Notes: generated from the sequence alone by a model not told the origin. A stretch of DNA of 63,988 nucleotides, filler included, from Octopus bimaculoides (GCF_001194135.2; 8 parts of 7 records of this genome joined end to end with filler, not necessarily neighbours in it), one strand, 5' to 3'. Numbered from the whole stretch's first letter, positions 1-12,134 are shown. Made by a program: numbers and translations.

Positions 1-181
1 GACAACAGGAAACCAGTTATTTCTCAAAATACAATGTTTATATACCAAAAAGATGTTATAACATTTTTCTGACATAATTTAAATATATACTTTAACCATG
101 TAACACAAGCCTTCTGTAGTTTTTTCACTCTTATTATCTTTTATACATCCAACCACGTGCTTTCACATACCAACTTTCTCA

Positions 182-183
<2 letters not shown>

Positions 184-217
<34 letters not shown>
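184..217. repeat. (TA)n microsatellite
   Basis: Direct reading; one of dozens of (TA)n, (TG)n, (CT)n, (TATG)n and trinucleotide runs in the window. Confidence 0.95.
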
Positions 218-221
<4 letters not shown>

Positions 222-821
222 CACGTACATATATCCATGTTCGGGTGTATGTATGTATGTATGCATGTATGTATATGCTAGTATCCGTGTGCCCTCAAAA
301 ATGATATTTTAAAAGTCATAAGCCGAAACTGCTATCTAATAAGCGTATCGACATTACATACATTTCGTATATTTGATATAGACTTGTTACAAAACATCTT
401 ATATTGTCAGGTTAGTCTCTGATCAGAGTTAACTTACCAAAAGTAGTATATTATATCAATAATCAATATCGCATATATTCTATATATATATATATTAATA
501 TAAATACCATTATGACATGCCCACTATATATTACTGGGAAACCAACATTACATTATATAATTTTATTCAATATCGGTTCATTGCATATATTTCCTATGGT
601 TAATATGAGTAAGTTTCCATTTAAAATATATATTACAATCTTCATGTACTAAAATATCCCCTTTCGTAATGTACATATATATTGAACATTCCAAACATCG
701 TATATAAACATTGTACCCTGTATCATACATTGCTAGAAATAATTTACACGGAACTTCATTGAGATTTTTCTTTCGTGTTTTTATTTGTTTTTTTGTTTTT
801 TTGTTTTTTTCTTCATGAACA

Positions 822-1127
822 TCAGTTGAATGACACATTAAACTGAAAACGGTGGTGAAGCCCTTTGTCAGGTTCCCATCTATGGGCCAAATTGATTTCC
901 CAGCGGTAGAAGGGCTCTTGGTATTCTTGACAAGCCGTGGGGAAGGTTTCTCTTCTACAAGAAAGATATTCTGATACGAAACTTTCAATCAAAATAATGC
1001 CAGTCATCTTGCACTGCTTGTCACTGGAACCTTCTATGGCGGTCGAGACAGTGGCAAAATTGTTGTACAAGCTTTTGTCATGTAAATCCAATGGTGCATT
1101 ATCATTAATGCGAGACGCGGCCATCAT
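822..1127 (-). CDS. candidate terminal coding exon or unknown ORF (MMAASRINDNAP...RFQFNVSFN*)
   Basis: 101 open codons of non-repetitive, relatively GC-rich sequence directly after an acceptor-like ttaccgcttcttgtcag. No protein family recognised. Confidence 0.15.
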   Translation of the reverse strand: MMAASRINDNAPLDLHDKSLYNNFATVSTAIEGSSDKQCKMTGIILIESFVSEYLSCRRETFPTACQEYQEPFYRWEINLAHRWEPDKGLHHRFQFNVSFN

Positions 1128-1166
1128 CTGACAAGAAGCGGTAATCATCATATGTATACATGTGTG

Positions 1167-1214
<48 letters not shown>

Positions 1215-1265
1215 TGCGTGTGCGTGTGCATGTGTATGTGCGTGTGCATGTGTATGTGCGTGTGC

Positions 1266-1681
1266 ATTTCAATGTATTGATCCCGGGAAAATTTTCAATG
1301 TATATTACTAGATATTAAACAATAATAAATAAAGATATGCTTTTGTATCTGGTTTGCAAGATTCTTAATGTGAATTCGTGTGTTGAAAGAAATTTTGTTG
1401 TGTCTAGGGAGAGTCATTATGCCAATATTATTAGTCCGTTACGGAGGCCTCCGTAGACCTCCGTAACGGACTGAGTCATAAGTCATTTAAGTCGCAAGTT
1501 GCAATGAAAGAGCTTTGACAAACAAAAACAAAACAAATGATTCACTATTTAAGCAAATTATACAAACAACCGACTAGTTAATTGGATATTTAACCAACTG
1601 ACTGATAATAAAAGAGTGAAATTGAACCAGTGCGTGTGTTAATAATATTGGCATAATGACTCACCCTAGACACAACAAAAT
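1266..1681. mobile_element. fold-back element with ~40 bp inverted arms (Penelope-like pseudo-LTR inversion or MITE)
   Basis: 1394-1432 ttttgttgtgtctagggagagtcattatgccaatattatta is the reverse complement of 1640-1681 with one mismatch. An internal 15-bp hairpin lies at 1433-1472. The Penelope class is inferred. Confidence 0.55.
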
Positions 1682-1689
1682 AAAAATAT

Positions 1690-3015
1690 GACTCTACGTT
1701 TCTCTTACACCAAGCCCGTTGGTGAAGAGAGAATACTTAATTCCCATTCCCTGGTAGACTTTTTAACAAGTAAAAGAGTGTCCGGAGAAATTGTATAGTT
1801 TAAGATTGAGCTGTTACCCGATATAGAGCGATTATTTCTATTTTCACTCACCACATTCTGGTTAGCTTTATTTGTAGATCATCATACTAAAATGATATCT
1901 CCATTTATGTGAGATATACATTATTGTCTGTTGGAAGTGATACTTCGATTAGCTGGCACATCCTTTCATGGCGGTCGTTGACAATAATATCCGGTTGATT
2001 AACCTTGATTTTCCTGTCTGTGTTGGTTGGTCGCTGTTTCAATTGAAATATTTTTAGTTATACGTTTACATCCTCTCTTCTCTGTTGGCATTTCATGACA
2101 CAGGCATGAAATCTTAAGGTCAGTCATACTTATACATATATTCCTCTTTGGTTAAGCTTGAAACAATATGGTTAATTGCTTCTTCCCGATCTCCAGATAT
2201 TCTTAAGTTCCTTAATGTACATGCATTTAAGGGTTTCTAACATATATTTAAGTGTTTCTAATACATTACGTGTATTTAAAGGTTTCTAATATGAAACAAA
2301 CAAAAATCCTTCATCCTCAGTTCTGCACGTCTCAACCAATTTTGCGAACATTTTGTGCCTATTTCCATCTTATTCCAGTTTTGCAAATATTGATCATGAA
2401 GAACTTTTCTTAATGTTTCTTTCGTATGATATTCTGTAGACAACTATTTAGTTTAACATTTTCACTGTCTCTGTTGTAGTATCTCATTTCTCCTTGTAAC
2501 TGTCTTGTATTTCAGATGCTTGAAGCTATCAAACAAATTTTGTTGTATTGTTCGTGTTTTGTTGTTATTTATATTAGTTTTCCATTACTCTTACAATTTA
2601 ACTGTGAATATTTAATTCGTGGTAAATATTATCTCTCTAGGTCAGATTTCGTAGTGTCATTATTCTTCTTGTTTTTCTGTCTAGTCTTGCTAGTTTGCTT
2701 AAAGTCCAATAGAGAATATGGTAACTAATTTATTACTGAAGCAGAAAGAGAAGAGTATTGGCGCCTATTACTTTTTCTAATTCTTTTTCTTTTATTCTTT
2801 GCATTTATCTCTGTTTTAAGTGTTAATCTAATGCGTCTATAATCTTCCTTCCTAAAGCCTTCTTTCATTTGTGTGCCTAATACTCTATGTAGTTCATTGA
2901 TTCCTAATGTCTGTTTTGTTCAAAGAGTCGTTGTTACTGACGGATTATTAGCTATTATCGAAGATCTCGTTTCAGGTGTTCTTTGATTTCAGATACTTCA
3001 TATATCTGTAGAAGT

Positions 3016-3091
<76 letters not shown>

Positions 3092-3950
3092 GTTCAGCTA
3101 TGTCTATTTGTTATTTATTTCATTAAAGATTAAGAGATCTTTGGTTTATTTTCTATCTTTTTTGCTCTTTATTTGTTCACCATGTTATTTGCTTACGTTC
3201 TGATATTCCTACATGAGCAGACCTGATACAGTGTCTACTCTCCTTTATAGCTACAGTCGTTGCAACGTATATTATTTTCTTTAACCTGATGATATTGATA
3301 TCTCTGTTTTCATCATGAGCTCTGTGATGTTCAGATTTGCGTTTTTTACTGTTATTGTTAGTTGAGTTGGGGGGGAGTTACTTTCATTATTCATAATTCT
3401 TTCATTATTTCCACCTTTATATTGTTAGGTGCATGATTTTTACATTCAGAATCCCCTATTCTTAAGTCGTCCTCGTATTCCATTTTTATTTATACATTTT
3501 CGGGACATTACAGTTCGGTTACTATTACTCAAGATTCAGTAAGTATTCTAGGGTTTACTTTGCTATATACTTTGTTCTACACGTATTAAGACTATTTTCG
3601 TGATTAACATTTAAATGCTTTTAGTTTCGTTGTTCGTTTTGTGTACGTTATTTGTGTTTTTGTTCTTTTTAAGTGTTCGGTTTCGATGTCTAATCATTTC
3701 AAAAAGTATCATTTACTAGTCTGCCAGCTCTAACGCTTCGCTTGGATCCAGGTTATTTCCCCTCCAAATTTTTATACCACTGTATTCTTGTAGTTTTGCT
3801 TTAGTGGATAGAGCGTAACTGGAAAAATAGGCGTATAACAAAGAACTGCAAACTTCTCGCGTACATTTATGCTGATTTCCCTTCTTTTTACGAGACTTGA
3901 AGAATATAGTCTGACACATTATTTAGATCGTCATCATTTTCATCGACCAC
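1690..3950 (-). mobile_element. decayed R4/Dong-like (RLE-type) non-LTR retrotransposon with RT core deleted
   Basis: Broken minus-strand translation gives an N-terminal region (HKCTREV..LLYAYFS..IWRGNN..LAD), post-RT motifs (KEDYRRIRLTLKTEINAKNK; LDRKTRRIMT..KSDLER..YLPR) and a PD-(D/E)xK restriction-like endonuclease (TDRKIKVNQPDIIVNDRHERMCQLIEVSLPTDNN..YDDLQIKLTRMW). Many stops and frameshifts. Confidence 0.75.
3018..3086. repeat. (CT)n microsatellite inside the R4-like remnant
   Basis: Direct reading. Confidence 0.95.
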
Positions 3951-4971
3951 CGATATTTTGTTGTTTTGATTTTTTCTGATGATATCGGGGTTTTGCAAGC
4001 ATCATTTTCACAGTGTTTACGCATCAAATTAAGAGTACACATTTCCTTACTATTACTGACCCTGGGTTAATACAGTTTTAGATATATCTACACAAGCGTG
4101 CCCTCATTCCACTCTGTTTCCTTATAACTTTAAAAAACTGGATAGTCTTTTAATGAAATTTTCGACAAATACTTTTCAGGTTGTGCAGATAACGATTATA
4201 CTAGGATTTGTGAAATTTTCTTTCTTTTTTTTTTTTTTTTTTTTTTNNNNNNNNNNNNNNNNNNNNNNNNNNNNNNNNNNNNNNNNNNNNNNNNNNNNNN
4301 NNNNNNNNNNNNNNNNNNNNNNNNNNNNNNNNNNNNNNNNNNNNNNNNNNNNNNNNNNNNNNNNNNNNNNNNNNNNNNNNNNNNNNNNNNNNNNNNNNNN
4401 NNNNNNNNNNNNNNNNNNNNNNNNNNNNNNNNNNNNNNNNNNNNNNNNNNNNNNNNNNNNNNNNNNNNNNNNNNNNNNNNNNNNNNNNNNNNNNNNNNNN
4501 NNNNNNNNNNNNNNNNNNNNNNNNNNNNNNNNNNNNNNNNNNNNNNNNNNNNNNNNNNNNNNNNNNNNNNNNNNNNNNNNNNNNNNNNNNNNNNNNNNNN
4601 NNNNNNNNNNNNNNNNNNNNNNNNNNNNNNNNNNNNNNNNNNNNNNNNNNNNNNNNNNNNNNNNNNNNNNNNNNNNNNNNNNNNNNNNNNNNNNNNNNNN
4701 NNNNNNNNNNNNNNNNNNNNNNNNNNNNNNNNNNNNNNNNNNNNNNNNNNNNNNNNNNNNNNNNNNNNNNNNNNNNNNNNNNNNNNNNNNNNNNNNNNNN
4801 NNNNNNNNNNNNNNNNNNNNNNNNNNNNNNNTTTTTTTTTTTTTTTTTTTGAGCAGTTAACAAGCACTCTCATAACAACGCCTCAGTGTTTTATCCTTTT
4901 TCTTATTGCTGTTGTGGCTGTTATTGCTGTTGTGGTTGCTGCTGCTGCTGCTGTTGTTGTTGTTGTTGTTG

Positions 4972-5710
4972 TTAGATTGACAAAATGTTTAGACAATCGG
5001 GCAAATTGCCTTGCAGTATTTCTCTCGGCTCATTACATTCAGATTTCAAGTCTCACCGATGTAAACTTTTCCTTTCACTCGTTCCGGGTTGATAAACTAA
5101 AGTATAAATCCAGTACTAGGGTTGATAGTCTCGACTCGCGATCGAATCCAGACACTCGGTTAAGATCCTAGTACACTCTTTTATCAATGCAATCATGGAT
5201 ACGCTTTTTGTGTTAACACATTGCATTAACTTAAGAGATGGTTAATACTTAGTGGTATCTCGTCTGTCTTTACATTCTAAGTTCAACTGCCATCAGGATC
5301 GACTTTCATCTTTTCAAGATCAATGAAACAAGTACCAGTTAAGCACTGGTGTTGCTGTAATTGACTTAACCTCCGAAATTGCTAACCTTGTGTCAAAATT
5401 TGAAACCTAGACTGACATTCAAAGATTCTGCAAAAAGAAACATGAAGTGGAAACAAATTGATCATAATAAATGGTAAAACCAAGCGAAAAACCGACCAGT
5501 ATGAGGAAAGCTTATCAAGTCATGCCAAAGCTATGAACCGCCATAGTCGCGACGATTGACTGCAGATAATACAGAGGATTGGCATAAATCATTAGACCGT
5601 CAGATAAATTGCTTTACAGTAACTATTCCGGCTGTATACGTTCTGTGATCAAATTCCACTGCGATCGATTCTGCTGTTCATCCGTCTGAGGCTGATCGAT
5701 GGTATTAAAA
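4972..5710 (+). mobile_element. three decayed family-D SINE copies (4972-5140, 5238-5407, 5563-5710)
   Basis: Each aligns by eye to the intact family-D copy at 9437 (ttacgttctgagttcaaattcc...ctttcatcc...gataaa..aagtacc...ccttgtgccaaaatttgaaacc). Confidence 0.6.
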
Positions 5711-6311
5711 AACTCCCTTCTCTCAAGATTGCTGGTTTGAGCCAAAATCAGAAAAGAATATTATTTATAGCTGAATGCAACAGCACGTTCCTGCCTACCT
5801 TTTCTATAACGCAAAGGAGAAAGAAAAAGAGGAAGCCAGAGAAAAATAGAAGAGAAAGAGAGAGCAAGGGAAAAGAGAAGAGAAAGACAGAGGAAATAAG
5901 AAAGAGGAAGAAAGATGTTATTATTAAATGGTGATGGTGGCGACTTTGATGATGTATATTGGTGCTTATGAGTTTATGATGGCTGTTGTTTGTACCTTAT
6001 TGGTAGTCATAGTACCCGTGTGGTAGTGGCGACGATGACATTGCACGATGACAATCACTTGCACTGAGACGCAGGCGTTAAACCAATTTTTTTCTTTAAA
6101 ATTTCAGTTCACAGAAATAAGTAAATTGCTCGCCGCCTTCAACTCTTTACAACTTACAAAATCTACCATCACCAACTCCATTAACTAACACCAGCCAATA
6201 TCAACACCACTATTACTACAGTTCTCAGCATACATAGATACATACATTATATATATATATATATATATATATAAGCATACCTATATTTTTCTAAGCATGC
6301 AGAGGTATATG

Positions 6312-6342
<31 letters not shown>

Positions 6343-6609
6343 TATGCGTGTGTTTACACATCTATAGAGACTCGTTGGCATTTCTCCTTTGCACCTTTTT
6401 TCTTCCACTTTTCATTGACATCACCTCAGCTAACACCTTTTACAACCTTCTCTTGCATATCTTCTTCACCCCTTCTTTCTTTCTGTATCTATCGATCTAT
6501 TTAGCTCACCTGCCGTTCGCCGTCGTCTCTACTATCACAATAATTACTGAAGTTTTCAGTAGAATAATTTCCATGCGCTTCTCTATTAATTTTTAATATC
6601 ATCATACCA

Positions 6610-6815
6610 ATGGATTGACATTAAAGCGTCAGAAAAAATTGTTTAGCAGTATTTCTTCCGGCACTTTATGTTCTGAGTTCAAATGCTTCCAAGATCAACT
6701 GTATCTTTCGTTCCTTTGTAGTCAATAAAATAAAACAAATCCTGTAGTGGTGTCTATAGTATCGACTAAACCCGGCTCTTCAAATTTGCTGGCGTTGCGC
6801 CTAAATTAGAAGCCA
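6610..6815 (+). mobile_element. decayed family-D SINE
   Basis: ttatgttctgagttcaaatgc...aaatttgctggcgttgcgcctaaattagaagcc matches family D. Confidence 0.55.
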
Positions 6816-6825
6816 TTAATATAAT

Positions 6826-7585
6826 AACGATAATTATTAGTATTAGTATTATTATTAGTATTATTATTTAAGACGTCGCACAGTATCCAATATCGTAATG
6901 TTGTTGATTGAGATATATTTGTCTACCGTTTGTACTGTCTATCAAGTCACAACAAAGAGATCAAACAAACAGTAATTTACGAAATATGCGTGCAGTTCCA
7001 AGCAATGACGATTTTTGCAATACACCTAGATTGTAGGCTATTTCTAAAGTTTCCAGATTTTTCTTCAGGTTGGGTGGTATTGAACGCAATGCTCCGATGA
7101 CAATAGGGACAATCTTTATATTTGAATCTCGTAACTGTCACATCTTAGCGATCTCAATTCTCAAGTCTCCATATTTATCAATATTTTCTCTTTCTTTCGT
7201 GATAATACGTTGATCTGGCACTGCATGTCGATTGCTAGGCATTCTTGTTTGTCCCTCCTAAAAGTTACTATGTCTGGCCTTCGGTGCTCTAACACCTTGT
7301 CTGTCTAGAAATCAAAGTCCCAGAGGACTTTTGCCTTCCTCTTTTCGTCCATTACCTTTTCTGGTGTATGTTGGTACCAAGAACGTGTTACCTCGTATCC
7401 ATACTTTGGGCTTAGTAGCCAGTGAAGGTCCTGCGCTACCTTATCGTGTTTGCACTTGTACTCTTTCTGCGCAAGACTTTCACAAGCACTAACAATGCGA
7501 GTCACGCTTTCGACTCTCTTCCCACACATTCTGCAGAGGTTCGTTGCACTTGTATGGTATATATCTCTTTTCACTGAGTTGGTAT
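6826..7585 (-). mobile_element. 5'-truncated R4/Dong-like non-LTR retrotransposon (CCHC finger, RLE domain, 3'UTR, (TAA)n-rich tail)
   Basis: ORF 7305-7574 gives CRMCGKRVESVTRIVSACESLAQKEYKCKHDKVAQDLHW..KVLWDF. It continues with frameshifts as TDKVLEHRRPDIV..ID.AVP..KYGDLRIEIAKM..IVPIVIGAL..LQKSSLLGTARIFRKLL to a stop near 6961. Tail at ~6826-6869. Confidence 0.9.
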
Positions 7586-8500
7586 TCGGTGACAGATTAA
7601 GTATCCATGGCTTCTAATGCGCAGACACGCTCTTAGGTTGATCGACCTGCAATGATGACTGGACGGCGAGCGTGTGTGAGGCACGTCTTTTTGCAGCTCG
7701 AATCCGTGACGGAGCTCCAGTCCTGGGTGAAGAAAAGACTAAAGCTGGGTGCTTAGCATCTAGAATGTCATCAGGCACTCACAACCCTCTACAGAGGATT
7801 AGTGGCAGAGAAGTGTGACGATGTTCACAAGGAGACTCTAAGTGTCGACGAAAATGAACTGGCCAGTCTGTTCCGGGGGACTTTCCAGTCAGGATATATT
7901 ATGGGTAATTGCCTGGCAGTTATACCGGCTCGAGATAAACTTTACAAGCACGAATGTGCTGTCAGATGGGCTTGTCTGAGATGCGCACAGAGTAATGAAA
8001 CCATTCTGCATGCCCTCGTTGAGTCCGGGCATTGCTGATTTGTAGGTTTATGTCGAATAGCTGCTGTCAAATGTGGAACGTATCCGTCTTTCGGCCGAGT
8101 CCATAGTGATGATTGCCCCCTCCCACCTTTAATCGGACAGGCAAGGCAGTTTCTCTTTGCCTGGTGGCTGTGTCAAAAGAGGTTGTCTGGTGGACGAGGC
8201 TGAAAGACATGAGGACAGATAAGATACATTCCCCTTTGCTAAAGGAAATTGAGAGTGGACAGGGGAGAGCAGACCTTGAGTGAGTTTATTGAAGGGTGAG
8301 TGAAAGTTGTGAAAAAGGTGAATGGTACCCCTCTAAGTGCAGATATGTGAGTCGGAGAAACGGAATTGGAGAGTGTACTTTTCCTTGGTGTTCAGGGATA
8401 TCTCGGAAAGTGGGATTCTTCGATTATCCCTAGAGGTCTCCCTGTATCAGGAGAACTACACCTCTATCATCCCCTAGGTTTTTCTTTGTTAAGCTTTTGT
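7586..8500 (+). mobile_element. 5'-truncated L1/Tx1-like LINE, ORF2 C-terminal zinc-finger region plus 3'UTR
   Basis: Plus-strand ELQSWVKKRLK..LECHQAL..YRGLV..ARDKLYKH..ACLRCAQSNETILHALV fits the L1/Tx1 Cx2Cx7H zinc-finger region. Stops and frameshifts present. Confidence 0.7.
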
Positions 8501-8515
8501 ATACTATATATACCA

Positions 8516-8733
8516 TTCTTTTACTTGTTTCAGTTTTTCACTGTGGCACTGTTGGTGCACCGCCTTTAGTCGAAGAAATCTACCCCAGGACTTATTCTTT
8601 GTAAGCCTAGTACTTATTCTATCTATTCTATCGATCCCCTAAGTTACGGGGACGTAAACACACCAACATCGGTTGTCAAGCGATGATAGGGACAAACTCA
8701 GACACAAACATATACATACACACACACATATAT

Positions 8734-8764
<31 letters not shown>
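8516..8764 (-). mobile_element. family-A SINE, 3' half, runs into a gap
   Basis: ttttacttgtttcagt...gcaccgcctttagtcg...ggacttattctttgtaagcctagtac matches the full copies at 29441 and 57017. Confidence 0.85.
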
Positions 8765-9374
8765 NNNNNNNNNNNNNNNNNNNNNNNNNNNNNNNNNNNN
8801 NNNNNNNNNNNNNNNNNNNNNNNNNNNNNNNNNNNNNNNNNNNNNNNNNNNNNNNNNNNNNNNNNNNNNNNNNNNNNNNNNNNNNNNNNNNNNNNNNNNN
8901 NNNNNNNNNNNNNNNNNNNNNNNNNNNNNNNNNNNNNNNNNNNNNNNNNNNNNNNNNNNNNNNNNNNNNNNNNNNNNNNNNNNNNNNNNNNNNNNNNNNN
9001 NNNNNNNNNNNNNNNNNNNNNNNNNNNNNNNNNNNNNNNNNNNNNNNNNNNNNNNNNNNNNNNNNNNNNNNNNNNNNNNNNNNNNNNNNNNNNNNNNNNN
9101 NNNNNNNNNNNNNNNNNNNNNNNNNNNNNNNNNNNNNNNNNNNNNNNNNNNNNNNNNNNNNNNNNNNNNNNNNNNNNNNNNNNNNNNNNNNNNNNNNNNN
9201 NNNNNNNNNNNNNNNNNNNNNNNNNNNNNNNNNNNNNNNNNNNNNNNNNNNNNNNNNNNNNNNNNNNNNNNNNNNNNNNNNNNNNNNNNNNNNNNNNNNN
9301 NNNNNNNNNNNNNNNNNNNNNNNNNNNNNNNNNNNNNNNNNNNNNNNNNNNNNNNNNNNNNNNNCAGAAAAAAA

Positions 9375-9436
<62 letters not shown>

Positions 9437-9439
<3 letters not shown>

Positions 9440-9650
9440 GGTGGTGAGCTGGCAGAATCGTTAGCACACTGGACGAAATGTTTAGCGGTATTTCGTCCAT
9501 CTTTACGTTCTCAGTTCAAATTCCGCCGAGGTCAACTTTGCCTTTCATTCTTTCGAGGTCGATAAATTAGGTACCAGTGAACACAGTGGTCGATGTAATC
9601 GACTAGTCCCCTCGCCCAAAGTTTCAGGCCTTGTGCCTTTAATAAAATGA
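9437..9650 (+). mobile_element. family-D tRNA-headed SINE, near intact
   Basis: A-box-like agctggcagaatcgttag and B-box-like gttcaaattcc; near-identical to the reverse complement of 46661-46880; lies between (ATT)n runs. Confidence 0.85.
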
Positions 9651-9765
9651 GTTATTATTATTATTGCAAAACCCTCAGAACAACACACACTCACACACAT
9701 ACACAGACACATTCTTGTCCAAAACGTTTCTCTTAATATAAACCCTTGTGGTTAATAAAGAAACA

Positions 9766-9805
<40 letters not shown>

Positions 9806-10306
9806 TATCTGTCCCTTTGTGCAACCGATTTTTGTAATGTTCCCTTCAACCGACACTCCTGTAGCAAATAAAAGAAATTATCATCATTTTCATTAATACT
9901 GTTGTTGTTAACGTCATCATCGATATTATCATTGTTCATATCACCATTACCATCATCATCATCATCATCTTTTTTGCACTGATCACCATCATCAGCATCA
10001 TTTGAAGATACAACCAGCTGTCTTTGCAATGATGGGGGAAGTTTTCCTTTCTTCGTGTTGTTTTTTCCTCTTTTCTCTCTATTTTTCTGGGGGATTTTCT
10101 TCTCTCTTTTTGTTTTAACAATCGACTAACCGATAAAAGTCTGCTGGTGACAAAAGCTTGACAAGGAGAGGGGATAAAACGAAACGAGATAAGGTACGAA
10201 ATGTTTTCATGAGCTGATAGATTAACTCAGAAGAAAATATTGCATGATGGAACAGGAACATTTTTCAGATCAATATAATACACACACAAACAAATACACA
10301 CACACA

Positions 10307-10345
<39 letters not shown>

Positions 10346-11305
10346 NNNNNNNNNNNNNNNNNNNNNNNNNNNNNNNNNNNNNNNNNNNNNNNNNNNNNNN
10401 NNNNNNNNNNNNNNNNNNNNNNNNNNNNNNNNNNNNNNNNNNNNNNNNNNNNNNNNNNNNNNNNNNNNNNNNNNNNNNNNNNNNNNNNNNNNNNNNNNNN
10501 NNNNNNNNNNNNNNNNNNNNNNNNNNNNNNNNNNNNNNNNNNNNNNNNNNNNNNNNNNNNNNNNNNNNNNNNNNNNNNNNNNNNNNNNNNNNNNNNNNNN
10601 NNNNNNNNNNNNNNNNNNNNNNNNNNNNNNNNNNNNNNNNNNNNNNNNNNNNNNNNNNNNNNNNNNNNNNNNNNNNNNNNNNNNNNNNNNNNNNNNNNNN
10701 NNNNNNNNNNNNNNNNNNNNNNNNNNNNNNNNNNNNNNNNNNNNNNNNNNNNNNNNNNNNNNNNNNNNNNNNNNNNNNNNNNNNNNNNNNNNNNNNNNNN
10801 NNNNNNNNNNNNNNNNNNNNNNNNNNNNNNNNNNNNNNNNNNNNNNNNNNNNNNNNNNNNNNNNNNNNNNNNNNNNNNNNNNNNNNNNNNNNNNNNNNNN
10901 NNNNNNNNNNNNNNNNNNNNNNNNNNNNNNNNNNNNNNNNNNNNNNNNNNNNNNNNNNNNNNNNNNNNNNNNNNNNNNNNNNNNNNNNNNNNNNNNNNNN
11001 NNNNNNNNNNNNNNNNNNNNNNNNNNNNNNNNNNNNNNNNNNNNNNNNNNNNNNNNNNNNNNNNNNNNNNNNNNNNNNNNNNNNNNNNNNNNNNNNNNNN
11101 NNNNNNNNNNNNNNNNNNNNNNNNNNNNNNNNNNNNNNNNNNNNNNNNNNNNNNNNNNNNNNNNNNNNNNNNNNNNNNNNNNNNNNNNNNNNNNNNNNNN
11201 NNNNNNNNNNNNNNNNNNNNNNNNNNNNNNNNNNNNNNNNNNNNNNNNNNNNNNNNNNNNNNNNNNNNNNNNNNNNNNNNNNNNNNNNNNNNNNNNNNNN
11301 NNNNN

Positions 11306-11343
<38 letters not shown>

Positions 11344-11352
11344 GGAAGCCCC

Positions 11353-12045
11353 TTATAACATCTTTCCAACTGTAAGAAATTTTTCAAACTCTCTACACCT
11401 ACGTGTTTTTGCAGGCTGATAACGCAAGTCTAATTTATTTTCTGCAGAAAATAAGTTAGAAGCCTTTAATTTTTTTAATTTTAGACATTCGGAAGCCTCT
11501 ATTGATGACATAACCGGAGTTGCAATTATTGATGACATAACTGGAGTTTGCGTTATTGCCTGTTGTTATAACCACAACAGTAACTGCCTGTCGTATGTTT
11601 CCTGTTTTCATCCAGAATGCAGCATTCTCTATTTTTAGTCCCTTTGATAGATGTAGAATTTTTACTTTACAAAATGACCATTTTCAGAGTGAATTCAGTA
11701 AATATCTGAGAGAATAGACGACAAAGGGTTGGGTTTAGGCTTAGTATGCGTATGTAAAAGCCATATACAAATGTTATATATCATTTTAATTGTCTCATTA
11801 ATTTTGTTTTTATTCAATTTTATTCATTGAAGAAAATTCAGTCAAGACATTGTAATGTTTTCATTTGGAAATTGCAACTTCCAGCATATCGGTAATAGAG
11901 GCTTCCGATTACAAATTTTAAAGGCTTGTAATATTTTTTCTTCTTTTTTTTTTACAGAAAATAAATGTAATTTCCACTGCTAGTGTGTAAAATTATATTT
12001 GTGCAAAATTTTTTTCAGTCCTAACAGTGGGAAAGGATGTTATAA
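11353..12045. mobile_element. ~690 bp fold-back/MITE with ~175 bp imperfect inverted arms
   Basis: Blocks ttataacatc.tttcc.actgt, atttattttctg, aagcctttaa, cggaagcctctatt and gttgcaatt at 11353-11527 recur reverse-complemented and in order at 11870-12045. Confidence 0.7.
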
Positions 12046-12134
12046 AATCCAATTTATGTATCATAAAATCCAATTTTGGGTTTATTTTCTGCACATTGTC
12101 TTCATTTAGTAGAATCAGATTAACGAGGAAATCT

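Noticed and set aside
3716-3919. ORF first read as an APE-type endonuclease
   Set aside because: Fits the N-terminal region of the R4/Dong-like element better; the element's endonuclease is the C-terminal RLE domain.
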